Assembly (NCBI GenBank): GCA_018069465.1
Contig: JAGPUW010000016.1
Span: forward strand, 14,548-78,547
From: Gammaproteobacteria bacterium
GTDB lineage: Bacteria > Pseudomonadota > Gammaproteobacteria > Pseudomonadales > Porticoccaceae
Reading direction: 5' to 3'
DNA: 64,000 bases
A model generated the notes under the pieces. The model searched no databases, was not told where the DNA came from, and was given only the letters and a program-made list of their open reading frames with translations. Each line of letters opens with the position of its first letter. Position 1 is the stretch's first letter. The translations under genes and the position numbers were made by a program. Positions 42,742 through 52,341 of this stretch are shown in pieces.

Positions 42742-43294
42742 GGGCTGGGCTTAGTTACCGGGCAAACGAGCGATTATAAAGGTATTCGTGTGGCTAGTGA
42801 TATGGGTGTATGAAGTTGTTGTCTTAGTTGATTGAAGTGGGCGCTACGCCTTCGTCCCGATCGTTCAGAACTGATGTTTTGCCGAGCCATAGTGTTGATG
42901 AATATGTTGTAGAAGAACTGGACAACGCCTGTTAACACACTTATCGTTGACCAATCTAAGCTCGAAATAGGCTGGAAAACCCGATAAAACCGGCTTGCTA
43001 TACAGCGAGCTTGGCTTGAGGGTTTGACCGTGGCCGTGCTAGCGGATAGCGTTACGGTGTGGTTTTGCAAATGTTCATCGCTTGGTTTTTAGGTAAAAAA
43101 CGGAAAACCAAGGCATTATAAAATATAAAAGGAAATAGAGTGTTGCACCTTGTCACTGAAGATCGCTCGCTACGCACGTTAAAACCAGAAAAAACATTGA
43201 CCAACCTTACCGCTTTAATATTACAGCCCACCCTATTTTCACCTTTGAGATATAAGGCAGTAAGACTGCATATCACCGAGCATACGACAGCTTT

Positions 43295-44125
43295 ATGAAT
43301 CCACATGCGGCCCAACCCACCTCGTTGGGTTCCCTCGTTAAAAGCCTGCTTATACATCGACAGCTTATCTTGCAGATGACCAAGCGAGAAGTTATTGGAC
43401 GCTATAAGGGTTCCTTTCTCGGGCTGATATGGTCATTTGTTAATCCAGTGCTTATGCTGACTGTTTACACCTTTGTTTTTGCCGTTGTGTTTAAGGCCAA
43501 ATGGGGGATAGGTGGCGAAGACAGCAAAACCCAGTTTGCCGTTGTGCTATTTGTGGGGCTTATAGTTCACGCTCTGTTCGCTGAAGTTCTCAACCGGGCT
43601 CCCGGTTTAATTCTTGCCAACACCAATTATGTTAAGAAAGTAGTATTCCCGTTGGAGATACTGCCAGTTATTACCTTGGGTGCAGCCTTATTTCACAGCT
43701 TTATTAGTCTGGTTGTACTGCTGTCTGCCTTTACGCTTTTTAATGGTTTTATGCATTGGACTGTGGTGTTTATTCCCCTGATCCTTCTGCCCTTAGTTAT
43801 TCTCACGCTAGGCCTTGCCTGGATATTGGCTTCCCTCGGTGTTTTTCTGCGCGATGTGGGGCAGACTATCGGCATTATTACTATGGCCATGATGTTTCTT
43901 GCGCCAATTTTCTTCCCGGTAACGGCGCTTCCCGAAGAACTTCGTCCATTGATTATGGTTAATCCATTGACCTTTATTATCGTACAGGCGCGGGAAGTAC
44001 TTATCTGGGGGCATACGCCAAACTGGGCTGGCCTGGGTATTTACACTGCCGCTGCAAGCGCTGTGGCGTGGGCAGGCTACGCCTGGTTCCAGAAAACCAG
44101 AAAAGGATTTGCCGATGTCCTCTGA
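43295..44125 (+). CDS. wzm: ABC-2 type polysaccharide export permease (Wzm)
   Basis: 276 aa with the Wzm-type N-terminus LIHRQLILQMTKREVIGRYKGSFLGLIWSFVNP, then six hydrophobic segments. Overlaps wzt by 11 nt. Confidence 0.8.
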   Translation: MNPHAAQPTSLGSLVKSLLIHRQLILQMTKREVIGRYKGSFLGLIWSFVNPVLMLTVYTFVFAVVFKAKWGIGGEDSKTQFAVVLFVGLIVHALFAEVLNRAPGLILANTNYVKKVVFPLEILPVITLGAALFHSFISLVVLLSAFTLFNGFMHWTVVFIPLILLPLVILTLGLAWILASLGVFLRDVGQTIGIITMAMMFLAPIFFPVTALPEELRPLIMVNPLTFIIVQAREVLIWGHTPNWAGLGIYTAAASAVAWAGYAWFQKTRKGFADVL

Positions 44126-45494
44126 TCTGGATTCGTCTGACGAGGTGGCCATTCGCGTACAAGGGCTGAGTAAATGCTACCAGATCTACGATAACCCTCG
44201 TGATCGTCTTAAGCAGTTTATTGTGCCCCGATTGCGACGTCTGTTTAGACGGCCGCCAAAGCAGTATTTTCGTGAGTTTTGGGCGCTTAACGATGTTTCA
44301 TTCGATGTCAAAAAGGGCGAAACCGTTGGCATCATCGGACGCAACGGTAGTGGTAAATCTACCCTGCTGCAAATGATCTGCGGCACACTTCACCCCACTA
44401 GCGGCAGCATTCAAACCAATGGTCGCATCGCCGCCTTGCTTGAACTGGGCTCCGGTTTTAATCCAGAATTTACTGGGCGCGATAATGTTTATATGAACGC
44501 TTCAGTGCTTGGTTTAAGCACTGAAGAGATAGACTCGCGCTTTGATGATATTGCTGCCTTTGCAGATATTGGCGAGTTTATTGAGCAGCCCGTTAAAACT
44601 TACTCCAGCGGAATGATGTTGCGCTTGGCATTCGCTGTTATCGCACATGTGGATGCAGATATTCTGGTAGTGGATGAGGCGCTGGCGGTTGGAGATGCTT
44701 TTTTCACCCAAAAGTGCATGCGCTATTTGCGCAACTTTATGAAAACTGGAACGGTGCTGTTTGTTAGTCATGACACGGGAGCGGTCGTTAATTTATGTAG
44801 CGAGGCTATTTTGTTGAATCGGGGATTAGTTGCTAAATCAGGCATACCGAAGGATGTTATTGAGCACTATCTAGCCACGCTTTATGAATCGAATCAGGTT
44901 ACAGATGGTGCTGTAACTGATGACCCCAGCACGGCATTAAGCCTGGAGCAGGGTTCAGGCGAATATCGTGATATGCGCGAGGCTCTAATTAATGCCTCTA
45001 CCTTGCGTAATGATATTGAGGTTTTTAAATTTGAATCCGATCAAGAAGGATTTGGCACCGGTGATGCGAAGATTGTATCGGTGCGCATTTTAGACTCGGA
45101 CGGCACGCCTTTAGCATGGGTGGTCGGTGGCGAGGATGTCATTCTTGAGATCCGGTGTTTGGCTTACAAAGATATACATCGCCCCATCGTTGGCTTTCAG
45201 TTCAAAGATCGGCTTGGCCAGATAGTGTTCGGTGACAACACATACCTTGCTTATCAATACAGCCCCCAGATGGTTGAGAAAAATTGTGAGCTCGTTGCAA
45301 GGTTCGAGTTTCGTTTGCCTGTACTTCCCAGTGGTGATTACAGTATCGCCGCCGCACTTGCTGATGGCTCACAAGATAATCATGTTCAGTATCACTGGAT
45401 GCACGATGCGCTGATTGTTCGTGTGCATGCGAGTTCAGTTTGTTTCGGTCTAATGGGAATTCCGATGAAAAAAATTATATTGGAAGCTCAATGA
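44115..45494 (+). CDS. wzt: Polysaccharide export ABC transporter ATPase (Wzt) with a roughly 200-aa C-terminal extension
   Basis: Walker A GRNGSGKST, signature YSSGMMLRLAF and Walker B ILVVDEAL. After about aa 250 there is a beta-rich extra domain (GTGDAKIVSVRILDSDG...VGFQFKDRLGQIVFGDNT...YSIAAALADG...HWMHDALIVRV), like the glycan-binding domain of O-PS Wzt proteins. ATG 44115. Confidence 0.85.
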   Translation: MSSDLDSSDEVAIRVQGLSKCYQIYDNPRDRLKQFIVPRLRRLFRRPPKQYFREFWALNDVSFDVKKGETVGIIGRNGSGKSTLLQMICGTLHPTSGSIQTNGRIAALLELGSGFNPEFTGRDNVYMNASVLGLSTEEIDSRFDDIAAFADIGEFIEQPVKTYSSGMMLRLAFAVIAHVDADILVVDEALAVGDAFFTQKCMRYLRNFMKTGTVLFVSHDTGAVVNLCSEAILLNRGLVAKSGIPKDVIEHYLATLYESNQVTDGAVTDDPSTALSLEQGSGEYRDMREALINASTLRNDIEVFKFESDQEGFGTGDAKIVSVRILDSDGTPLAWVVGGEDVILEIRCLAYKDIHRPIVGFQFKDRLGQIVFGDNTYLAYQYSPQMVEKNCELVARFEFRLPVLPSGDYSIAAALADGSQDNHVQYHWMHDALIVRVHASSVCFGLMGIPMKKIILEAQ

Positions 45495-46183
45495 TGCGAC
45501 TTTTTACAGGCCCATGCCCTGTTTGTGGTGGGGAGGAGTTTTCAACATGTTCCGTGCTCTGGCCGCAACTCATCAATACTTGGCAATTGTCTGAGGACGA
45601 GGTTGCCTATATCGATCGGCAGCAAGGCTTTCATTGTAAGCAGTGTGGTAATAACTTGCGTGCAATGGGTTTATCGCGGGCCATTATCAAAGAGTACGGA
45701 TTTGGAGCAACACTAAATCAATTCTGCGAGTCATTGAGTGATGTAAAACTCCTCGAGATAAATGCCGCCGGCAACTTGACTTCATTCTTTAAAAAACTGT
45801 CCTCGCACAGGTTGATTGAGTACCCTCAGTTCGATATGCAGAACCTAGATATCGAATCTGAGAGCGTTGATTTGGTGGTTCATTCGGATACATTGGAACA
45901 CGTGCCCAACCCTGAAAGGGCTCTCTCAGAATGTCGGCGAATATTGCGTGGCAATGGGAAATGCATTTTTACAGTCCCTATTATTGTTGGACGTATGACC
46001 CGGTCACGCGTTGGTCTCGCGCCTAGCTATCATGGTCAATCGGACGTGCCTGCGGATGATCAAATGGTTCACACAGAATTTGGGGCGGATGTTTGGCAAA
46101 CTGTCTTGAAAGCAGGGTTTTATTCATGTGAAATATTTTCGCTTGAATACCCATCGGCGCTGATAGTAATTGCAAGGAAATAA
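45491..46183 (+). CDS. Class I SAM-dependent methyltransferase with an N-terminal CxxC...CxxC zinc ribbon
   Basis: Its ATG overlaps the wzt stop (ATGA). Reads MMRLFTGPCPVCGG...FHCKQCGN, then a methyltransferase core (LLEINAAGN, VDLVVHSDTLEHVPNPERALSECRRILRGNGKCIFTVP). Confidence 0.7.
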   Translation: MMRLFTGPCPVCGGEEFSTCSVLWPQLINTWQLSEDEVAYIDRQQGFHCKQCGNNLRAMGLSRAIIKEYGFGATLNQFCESLSDVKLLEINAAGNLTSFFKKLSSHRLIEYPQFDMQNLDIESESVDLVVHSDTLEHVPNPERALSECRRILRGNGKCIFTVPIIVGRMTRSRVGLAPSYHGQSDVPADDQMVHTEFGADVWQTVLKAGFYSCEIFSLEYPSALIVIARK

Positions 46184-46189
46184 AAATTT

Positions 46190-49100
46190 ATGAAGTTTAC
46201 CGGTGAGCGCTTTATCCCTGTTGAACAAGGTAAAATCCGCCTCGAACATTATCATCGCTACGCGATAGTGCAGGATGTAGTAAAGGGAAAAAATGTCTTA
46301 GATGTGGCTTGTGGCGAGGGTTATGGCTCGTTTTTTATTGCCGATGTCGCGCGTTCTGTTGTTGGGGTCGATATTTCAGATGAGGCCGTGCAGCATGCAT
46401 CGCTTACTTATACGAAGTCTAACTTGACGTTTCGTCAAGCCAGCGCGACTGCCCTTGGTTTTGCTGATGCCTCTTTTGACGTTGTGGTGTCTTTCGAGAC
46501 TATTGAACACTTGGCAGAACAATCGCAAATGCTTGCGGAAATTAGGCGGGTGCTACGTTCTGATGGGGTGCTTGTGATTTCTTCTCCCAATCGGCCTATC
46601 TATTCTGAAGAAAGTGGGGAGCATAATGAATTTCATGTCAAAGAGCTTGATTTCAAGGAATTCGATGAATTACTGAGAACGCAATTCCCGGCGATTCAGT
46701 ATTTCGGTCAGCGGATGTTGATGGGTTCAGTGATTCAACCGCTGGAAGGCGGAAAAGACTCGTTCCGTGCCTGGCATGATGATGGTAAAACCTTGAAACC
46801 GTGTGCTGGACATTTGGCCGACCCAGTCTATTTTGTGGCAGTGTGTGGATTAGACAATAGCGACTTACCCGGTATTGAAATGTCGGTTCTTTATCCAGGC
46901 AAGCTGGATTTAGTGAAGCAATATGTGGGTTTTGCAAAGTGGGCGAAAAGACTTGAGAAAAGCGTATCCGAACGCGACGACCCGATAATTATGGAGCGCG
47001 ATGTTCAGATCGCGAGTCTTACAGATGAAGTGGTACGGCGTGGCGAATGGGCGATGCGTCTTGATGCCGAGCTTAAAGAAGAGCGAGAAAAATTTCTTTT
47101 AGTGACAAAAAGTAACTCTTGGCGCCTAACGCTACCTTTGCGTGAAATTCGACGGTGGTTGAGATCACCTGTAAGTCAAACTGAGCGTTATACAAGGGTA
47201 GTCTTGCGCCTCGGAAAGCGTGGATATCAGTCGCTACCGCTAAGCTATCAAACTAAGGCTGCGCACCGGCAATATATTGCTAAATGTTTTCCTGGGCTAT
47301 TAAGGGCAACAGGCACCCATCCCACCACGATTCCGGCATTCAGTGTTCCAACGCTACCAACGACACAGCAAGCTAACCATGAAGAGCCGGTTTTAGTTGC
47401 AGAGCTATCCTCAACTGCTCCTGATATTTCTATTCCGACCTCTGACAAGCCCTTAGTCAGCGTAATCGTGCCTATTTATGGCCAGTGTGATTACACATTG
47501 CGTTGTCTCATGTCAATTGCGGCGAACCTACCGCAGGCAGCATTCGAGGTGATTGTCGTGGACGATTGCTCGCCGGATAACTCATCTGATGTTCTGTCAC
47601 AAATCAGTGGTATCCATTTACTGCGCAACGAAAAAAACCAGGGCTTTATACGATCGTGCAACACCGGCGCAAAAGCGGCTCGGGGCGAATACCTTTATTT
47701 TCTTAATAATGATACCGAGGTAACGCCGGGCTGGTTGGATGAGTTGCTGCGCACTTTCCGTGAATTCCCGGGTACAGGGCTTGCTGGTTCAAAACTAATC
47801 TACCCTGATGGCCGCTTGCAAGAGGCTGGTGGCATTATTTGGCAGGATGGGAGTGCCTGGAATTTTGGACGGCTGCAAGTCGCCCTGCTACCCGTTTACA
47901 ATTACGCTAGGGAGGTCGACTACTGTTCGGGTGCCTCCATCATGGTGCCCAAAACGCTGTTTGATGAACTGGGTGGTTTTGACGAGCATTACCTGCCTGC
48001 CTATTGCGAAGATTCCGATCTCGCGCTCAAGGTGCGTGACAAGGGGCATCGGGTAATTTACCAGCCGATGTCGACCGTTATCCACTATGAGGGTATTACG
48101 TCGGGCACGGATACAACACAGGGCGTTAAAGCCTATCAAGTCGAGAACAGCAGAAAGTTGTTCGAGCGATGGCAACACCGTTTGCAAGCACACCAGACAC
48201 CAGGCGTGGATGTAGACAAGGCAAAAGATCGCAGAGCTTCACGGCGTGCCCTGGTAATTGATCACTGTACCCCCGCGCCCAACCAGGATGCGGGTTCTGT
48301 AACGGTATTCAATCTCATGCTGTTATTACGAGAAATGAATTTCCAGGTCACCTTCATCCCGGAAGATAATTTTCTGTATATGCCCGACTACACCACCGCG
48401 TTGCAGCAGGCAGGGATTGAAGTGCTCTATGCGCCTTATATCACCTCCGTTGAACAGCACTTGAAGGCATGCGATGACCGCTATGATTTAGCATTATTGT
48501 TTCGCCCGGTTGTGTTTGAGCGGAATATAAAGGTGATCCGTAAACATTGCCCGAAAGCCAAGGTGCTTTTCCACACTGTGGATTTACACTTCCTGCGCAT
48601 GTCACGTGAAGCCGAACTTCAATCAGACAAGGCTAAACAAAAAGCGGCAGACGAAATGAAGCAGCGCGAGCTGGCGGCGATTCGTGCCGCGGATGCCGCC
48701 ATTGTGCACAGTACTGTTGAACTGGAACTCCTCACTCCACTGCTTCCCGATGCCAGGCTTCACGTCTTCCCCTTAATAATGGATATCAAGGGAACGACGC
48801 AAACATTTAAAGAGCGTAGAGACGTTGTGTTTATTGGCGGTTATCAACACGCTCCAAATGTGGATGCCGTGCAGTACTTTGCGGCAGAAATCATGCCGCT
48901 GCTGCGCAAGCTATTGCCGGGAGTTCGCTTTTATGCGGTGGGCAGTAATCCTCCTGCCGAAATAAATGCTTTGGCATCGGATGATATTATCATCACCGGT
49001 TTTGTTGAAGACCTGACGCCACTGCTCGACAAGATGCGCGTTTCAGTTGCGCCCTTACGTTACGGTGCAGGCATCAAAGGAAAAATAGGCACCACGATGG

Positions 49101-50278
49101 CCGTTGGTCTGCCGGGTGTTGCAACATCGCTTGCAGTCGAAGGAATGTCGCTTAGCGATGGTGAAAATATTCTGGTGGCTGACGGGGCAAATGAGTTTGC
49201 TAATGCCATTGTTAAACTTTATCAGGATGAAGCCTTGTGGGTGAGTATTGGCCACAAGGGATTACAGTTTGCAGATAAGGTATGGGGTGCCGAAGCTTCG
49301 TGGAATATTCTGGCGTCAATAGTTACTGACTTGGGCTTTGGTGTGAAGCGTGGCGCGCACCTCCTCTCGCTTTATACTGAATCACAGGGGCCAGAAACAA
49401 ACAATAAAATTGTAGCGGCCCTTGAGCCTATTGCCTCAGTCAATAATCGAAAAGATTACGAGCAACTTTTGCAACGTGACACGATAAGCCAAATCAGCAA
49501 CATCGAGACACAACTTCTCAGTACCGCAAACTCAGAAGTCTTTTCTGTAGATGGTTTGTGTGTGCCCTGTGACCAAAAAGTAGCCTTTTTGGTTGACATG
49601 GCGTCCGGTGGTCAACGCATTGAAAATGGCTGGCTCCCCAATTGGCGAGAACGCTTAGAATGCCCTTTGTGCAGGATGAATAACCGTCAGCGTTTAATAG
49701 CAACTCTTGTAAAGCAAGCGCTTTTTGCCAAGCAAGAGCAACAGGTTTACTTTATGGAGCAGGTCACCCCCATCTACAATTGGGCGACAAAAACATTTAA
49801 AGAACATCGTCTCGTTGGTAGTGAATACCTTGGGTATGAATATGAAGGTGGGGCGACGATAAAAGGTATCCGGCATGAAGATGTCGAGAACTTGAGTTTT
49901 TCAAATGCAAGGTTTGACTTAATAGTGAGTAATGACGTGTTTGAGCATGTGCCCCATCCTGAAAAAGCCTTTGCTGAATGCGCTCGTGTGCTCAATGAAG
50001 GCGGGGTGATGTTGGCTACGATCCCTTTTCACAGTGCCAGCGACTTGTCCGTAATACGTGCGCGACTAAGTAGCGGTCAAGTCGAGCATGTTTTGCCGTC
50101 AGCCTACCACGGTAATCCTGTTTCTACGGATGGCTCTCTCGTGTTTACAGATTTTGGTTGGGACGTGTTAGAGCTTATAAAGGTAGCAGGATTTTCTGAT
50201 GTCCGTGTGGATGTCTATGCATCGCCGGAGTTTGGACATTTGGGTGGCGGGCAGATGGTTTTTAGGGCAAGGCGATAG
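46190..50278 (+). CDS. 1362-aa multidomain glycan-assembly protein: SAM-MTase / helical segment / GT2 / GT-B (GT4-like) / zinc-ribbon SAM-MTase
   Basis: One uninterrupted ORF. Domains read from the translation: (1) aa 1-185 methyltransferase ([24 protein letters not shown]). (2) aa about 245-325 charged helical stretch ending in [15 protein letters not shown]. (3) aa 421-660 GT2 ([31 protein letters not shown]). (4) aa about 685-1045 GT-B with ExxxxxxxE (EGMSLSDGE). (5) aa about 1120-1362 methyltransferase after CVPC...CPLC ([38 protein letters not shown]). Confidence 0.8.
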   Translation: MKFTGERFIPVEQGKIRLEHYHRYAIVQDVVKGKNVLDVACGEGYGSFFIADVARSVVGVDISDEAVQHASLTYTKSNLTFRQASATALGFADASFDVVVSFETIEHLAEQSQMLAEIRRVLRSDGVLVISSPNRPIYSEESGEHNEFHVKELDFKEFDELLRTQFPAIQYFGQRMLMGSVIQPLEGGKDSFRAWHDDGKTLKPCAGHLADPVYFVAVCGLDNSDLPGIEMSVLYPGKLDLVKQYVGFAKWAKRLEKSVSERDDPIIMERDVQIASLTDEVVRRGEWAMRLDAELKEEREKFLLVTKSNSWRLTLPLREIRRWLRSPVSQTERYTRVVLRLGKRGYQSLPLSYQTKAAHRQYIAKCFPGLLRATGTHPTTIPAFSVPTLPTTQQANHEEPVLVAELSSTAPDISIPTSDKPLVSVIVPIYGQCDYTLRCLMSIAANLPQAAFEVIVVDDCSPDNSSDVLSQISGIHLLRNEKNQGFIRSCNTGAKAARGEYLYFLNNDTEVTPGWLDELLRTFREFPGTGLAGSKLIYPDGRLQEAGGIIWQDGSAWNFGRLQVALLPVYNYAREVDYCSGASIMVPKTLFDELGGFDEHYLPAYCEDSDLALKVRDKGHRVIYQPMSTVIHYEGITSGTDTTQGVKAYQVENSRKLFERWQHRLQAHQTPGVDVDKAKDRRASRRALVIDHCTPAPNQDAGSVTVFNLMLLLREMNFQVTFIPEDNFLYMPDYTTALQQAGIEVLYAPYITSVEQHLKACDDRYDLALLFRPVVFERNIKVIRKHCPKAKVLFHTVDLHFLRMSREAELQSDKAKQKAADEMKQRELAAIRAADAAIVHSTVELELLTPLLPDARLHVFPLIMDIKGTTQTFKERRDVVFIGGYQHAPNVDAVQYFAAEIMPLLRKLLPGVRFYAVGSNPPAEINALASDDIIITGFVEDLTPLLDKMRVSVAPLRYGAGIKGKIGTTMAVGLPGVATSLAVEGMSLSDGENILVADGANEFANAIVKLYQDEALWVSIGHKGLQFADKVWGAEASWNILASIVTDLGFGVKRGAHLLSLYTESQGPETNNKIVAALEPIASVNNRKDYEQLLQRDTISQISNIETQLLSTANSEVFSVDGLCVPCDQKVAFLVDMASGGQRIENGWLPNWRERLECPLCRMNNRQRLIATLVKQALFAKQEQQVYFMEQVTPIYNWATKTFKEHRLVGSEYLGYEYEGGATIKGIRHEDVENLSFSNARFDLIVSNDVFEHVPHPEKAFAECARVLNEGGVMLATIPFHSASDLSVIRARLSSGQVEHVLPSAYHGNPVSTDGSLVFTDFGWDVLELIKVAGFSDVRVDVYASPEFGHLGGGQMVFRARR

Positions 50279-50384
50279 TGTTAGTTTTTAAAAACGGGTT
50301 TAAAATAAAAAAACTGGGCTACTGGTCGACCCTCACTGGCGATGTAGTAGTGGTAGTGATGTTTTGCAGTGCAAATTTACAGTG

Positions 50385-52322
50385 ATGGATATGGACGAAC
50401 GCAGTACTAACTTGATGCCATCTACATACATAGGGCGTAGTGAGATCCTCGCCGACATTGTGCTAATAATTTTGCTTACTGCACTTGTATTCGGCTTGGC
50501 CTATCACCCTTATTTCTTTGGCGATGAATTAATGGCGCATCGGTTGGCTATTAAGAGTGATTACTCTTTTACCTCGATTTTTCAGGGATTGAATGGTTAC
50601 AAGCCACGGTTGGTCTTCAACGGCATACTAGCTTTGCTGGCTGAATGGCAGGTATCACGGTTGGTGTATGCGGCACTGCTGGTAGGTTATATGGTTTGGA
50701 TCAACGTTCTATTGTATGGGGCTGTGCGGTACCTGTTCAATGGTGGCCGAGTACTGGCATGGCTACTGATTGCGGTCGTAATCACTTCGCGCTACGGAAC
50801 GATGCTTTATTTCGATTATGTTTCTGGGTTGGTTGAGCTATTGAGCACATCCTTACTTCTCAGTATGCTTTTATTGTCGTGGTTGGCGTGGGGTACAGGT
50901 TTCAGGTGGTGGTACGCGGTTGCTGCATTGGTCGCTTCGATTCTGTGTGTTTTCGTACATGAACGCTATATAGCGGGTTTGCTGGCTGCTGGTTTGGCGA
51001 TTGCGCTTGCCGAATGCTTGGGCTCCGCCGCCGAACGTCGAATACTTGTAGTTGGCTGGGCGTTATCGTTGGGTTTTGTGCCTCTGTTTTTGTTTGCTCT
51101 GGCTAATGAAACACTTGGTTCTTTACCTATGACAACCGGCGCTGCAGGGCAGCGAGTCATGCTAGGCGGCGACACGCTTTGGTCTGCACTGACTTATAGT
51201 TACAACGTCTTTTTAGGGGGTAATTACGGGCACGAGTGGTTCTGGGGCCATTACAACCACTTGCAATCTGTGGGCAAAATCATGGGTTTTGGCACGGTGG
51301 CCTGCACAATCATACTGTTAGTGGTGGTTGTCTTGAGGAAAGAGCTTGCATGGCATAGCCGTTGGTTGGTCGCTGGCCTTTTAGCGTTAGCCATAGCCTT
51401 GATCGCGATCGCAAGTTTGCCGGGGCCAAGTCATCAAGCGGCGCGTTACATGTTCCCGGTGGGTATTTTGGTAGCGATAGCCTGGATCATCATGGTGACA
51501 AACGTATGGCGATACGTTGGTATAGGATTGATTTTAGCTATTAATATTATGTACTTGCTTTTGGGATCATATGATTCAATCTCTAGTGTGTATTCGTCCC
51601 GCGCGGCGAACTCTGTGGCAGGTTCGCTGCTTGGTGTCATGCCAAATGGCAGAAGTGGTTTGGTCGTGGGCAATAATGACGATTTTTGGTCGATTGGTGG
51701 TGGCGCTGCTTTTGATATGGGGCCTAGGCAAGGCGATACATTTAGCAAGGTTAATCTGAAATCTTCGGTATATATAGATCCATTTGTAGAGGGGAGGGCC
51801 TTCGATCCTGCACTCTACGATTTCGGGTTGGCTTTCAATGGTTTTGGTCCGCATCGGACTGCCCGTTACCGTTTGGTTTCAGTCGACACAGCCCTAGTTT
51901 TGGCTGGAATTTCGGACGTGGAAAACTTGCCAGTAAATACTGTGCTTGGAAGTCGTGATACCTGGGCAGAGTGGCAATGGAACGAGCAACCGAATCAAAT
52001 CGAAGGGGCAGTGGCACTACGTGCCGGCACGGAAGGTTGGCGTGCTCTGCCTGTCGTTGCCTTGGATGGGCGTTGGTTAGTATATCGCGCCCGTGCTAAA
52101 AGTGGCGCGCGAGTGCCTATGCGTCTACAAGTCAACTGGCACGCTAAGCAGGATAATCGCTTCTTGTCTGCGATGATCGAAGTGGTTTATCCGAACGAAA
52201 CATGGAATTCGTACGTGACTTTGCTCAAGGCGCCACCAGGTGCTGGCATTGGCTATGTTTATGCGACTTTGCATGAAGGGGTTCAGGGTGTGGTGGAATT
52301 GAAATCGGTGGAATTAAAGTGA
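50385..52322 (+). CDS. Polytopic membrane protein with a C-terminal soluble domain; candidate GT-C-fold periplasmic glycosyltransferase
   Basis: About 10-12 hydrophobic segments over aa 30-450. An acidic motif, YFFGDELMAH, follows the first TM, which is the usual place for the GT-C catalytic Asp/Glu. The C-terminal 200 aa or so are hydrophilic and beta-rich. The start is uncertain (TTG 50364, ATG 50385 or ATG 50391). The function is inferred from the neighbouring GtrB/GtrA-like genes. Confidence 0.5.
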   Translation: MDMDERSTNLMPSTYIGRSEILADIVLIILLTALVFGLAYHPYFFGDELMAHRLAIKSDYSFTSIFQGLNGYKPRLVFNGILALLAEWQVSRLVYAALLVGYMVWINVLLYGAVRYLFNGGRVLAWLLIAVVITSRYGTMLYFDYVSGLVELLSTSLLLSMLLLSWLAWGTGFRWWYAVAALVASILCVFVHERYIAGLLAAGLAIALAECLGSAAERRILVVGWALSLGFVPLFLFALANETLGSLPMTTGAAGQRVMLGGDTLWSALTYSYNVFLGGNYGHEWFWGHYNHLQSVGKIMGFGTVACTIILLVVVVLRKELAWHSRWLVAGLLALAIALIAIASLPGPSHQAARYMFPVGILVAIAWIIMVTNVWRYVGIGLILAINIMYLLLGSYDSISSVYSSRAANSVAGSLLGVMPNGRSGLVVGNNDDFWSIGGGAAFDMGPRQGDTFSKVNLKSSVYIDPFVEGRAFDPALYDFGLAFNGFGPHRTARYRLVSVDTALVLAGISDVENLPVNTVLGSRDTWAEWQWNEQPNQIEGAVALRAGTEGWRALPVVALDGRWLVYRARAKSGARVPMRLQVNWHAKQDNRFLSAMIEVVYPNETWNSYVTLLKAPPGAGIGYVYATLHEGVQGVVELKSVELK

Positions 52323-52341
52323 AGTGCATGGGAATAATTTT

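Noticed and set aside
43042-43052. An ops/JUMPStart-like string, GCGGATAGCGT, upstream of wzm
   Set aside because: The RfaH ops core is GGCGGTAGCGT. This site needs a 1-nt deletion to match, and the surrounding JUMPStart consensus is not recognisable. I do not call it an ops element.
42774-43357. Two minus-strand ORFs (98 and 101 aa) in the uvrA-wzm intergenic leader
   Set aside because: They have no RBS, no motifs and odd composition. The second overlaps the wzm start. They are more likely chance ORFs in AT-rich non-coding DNA.
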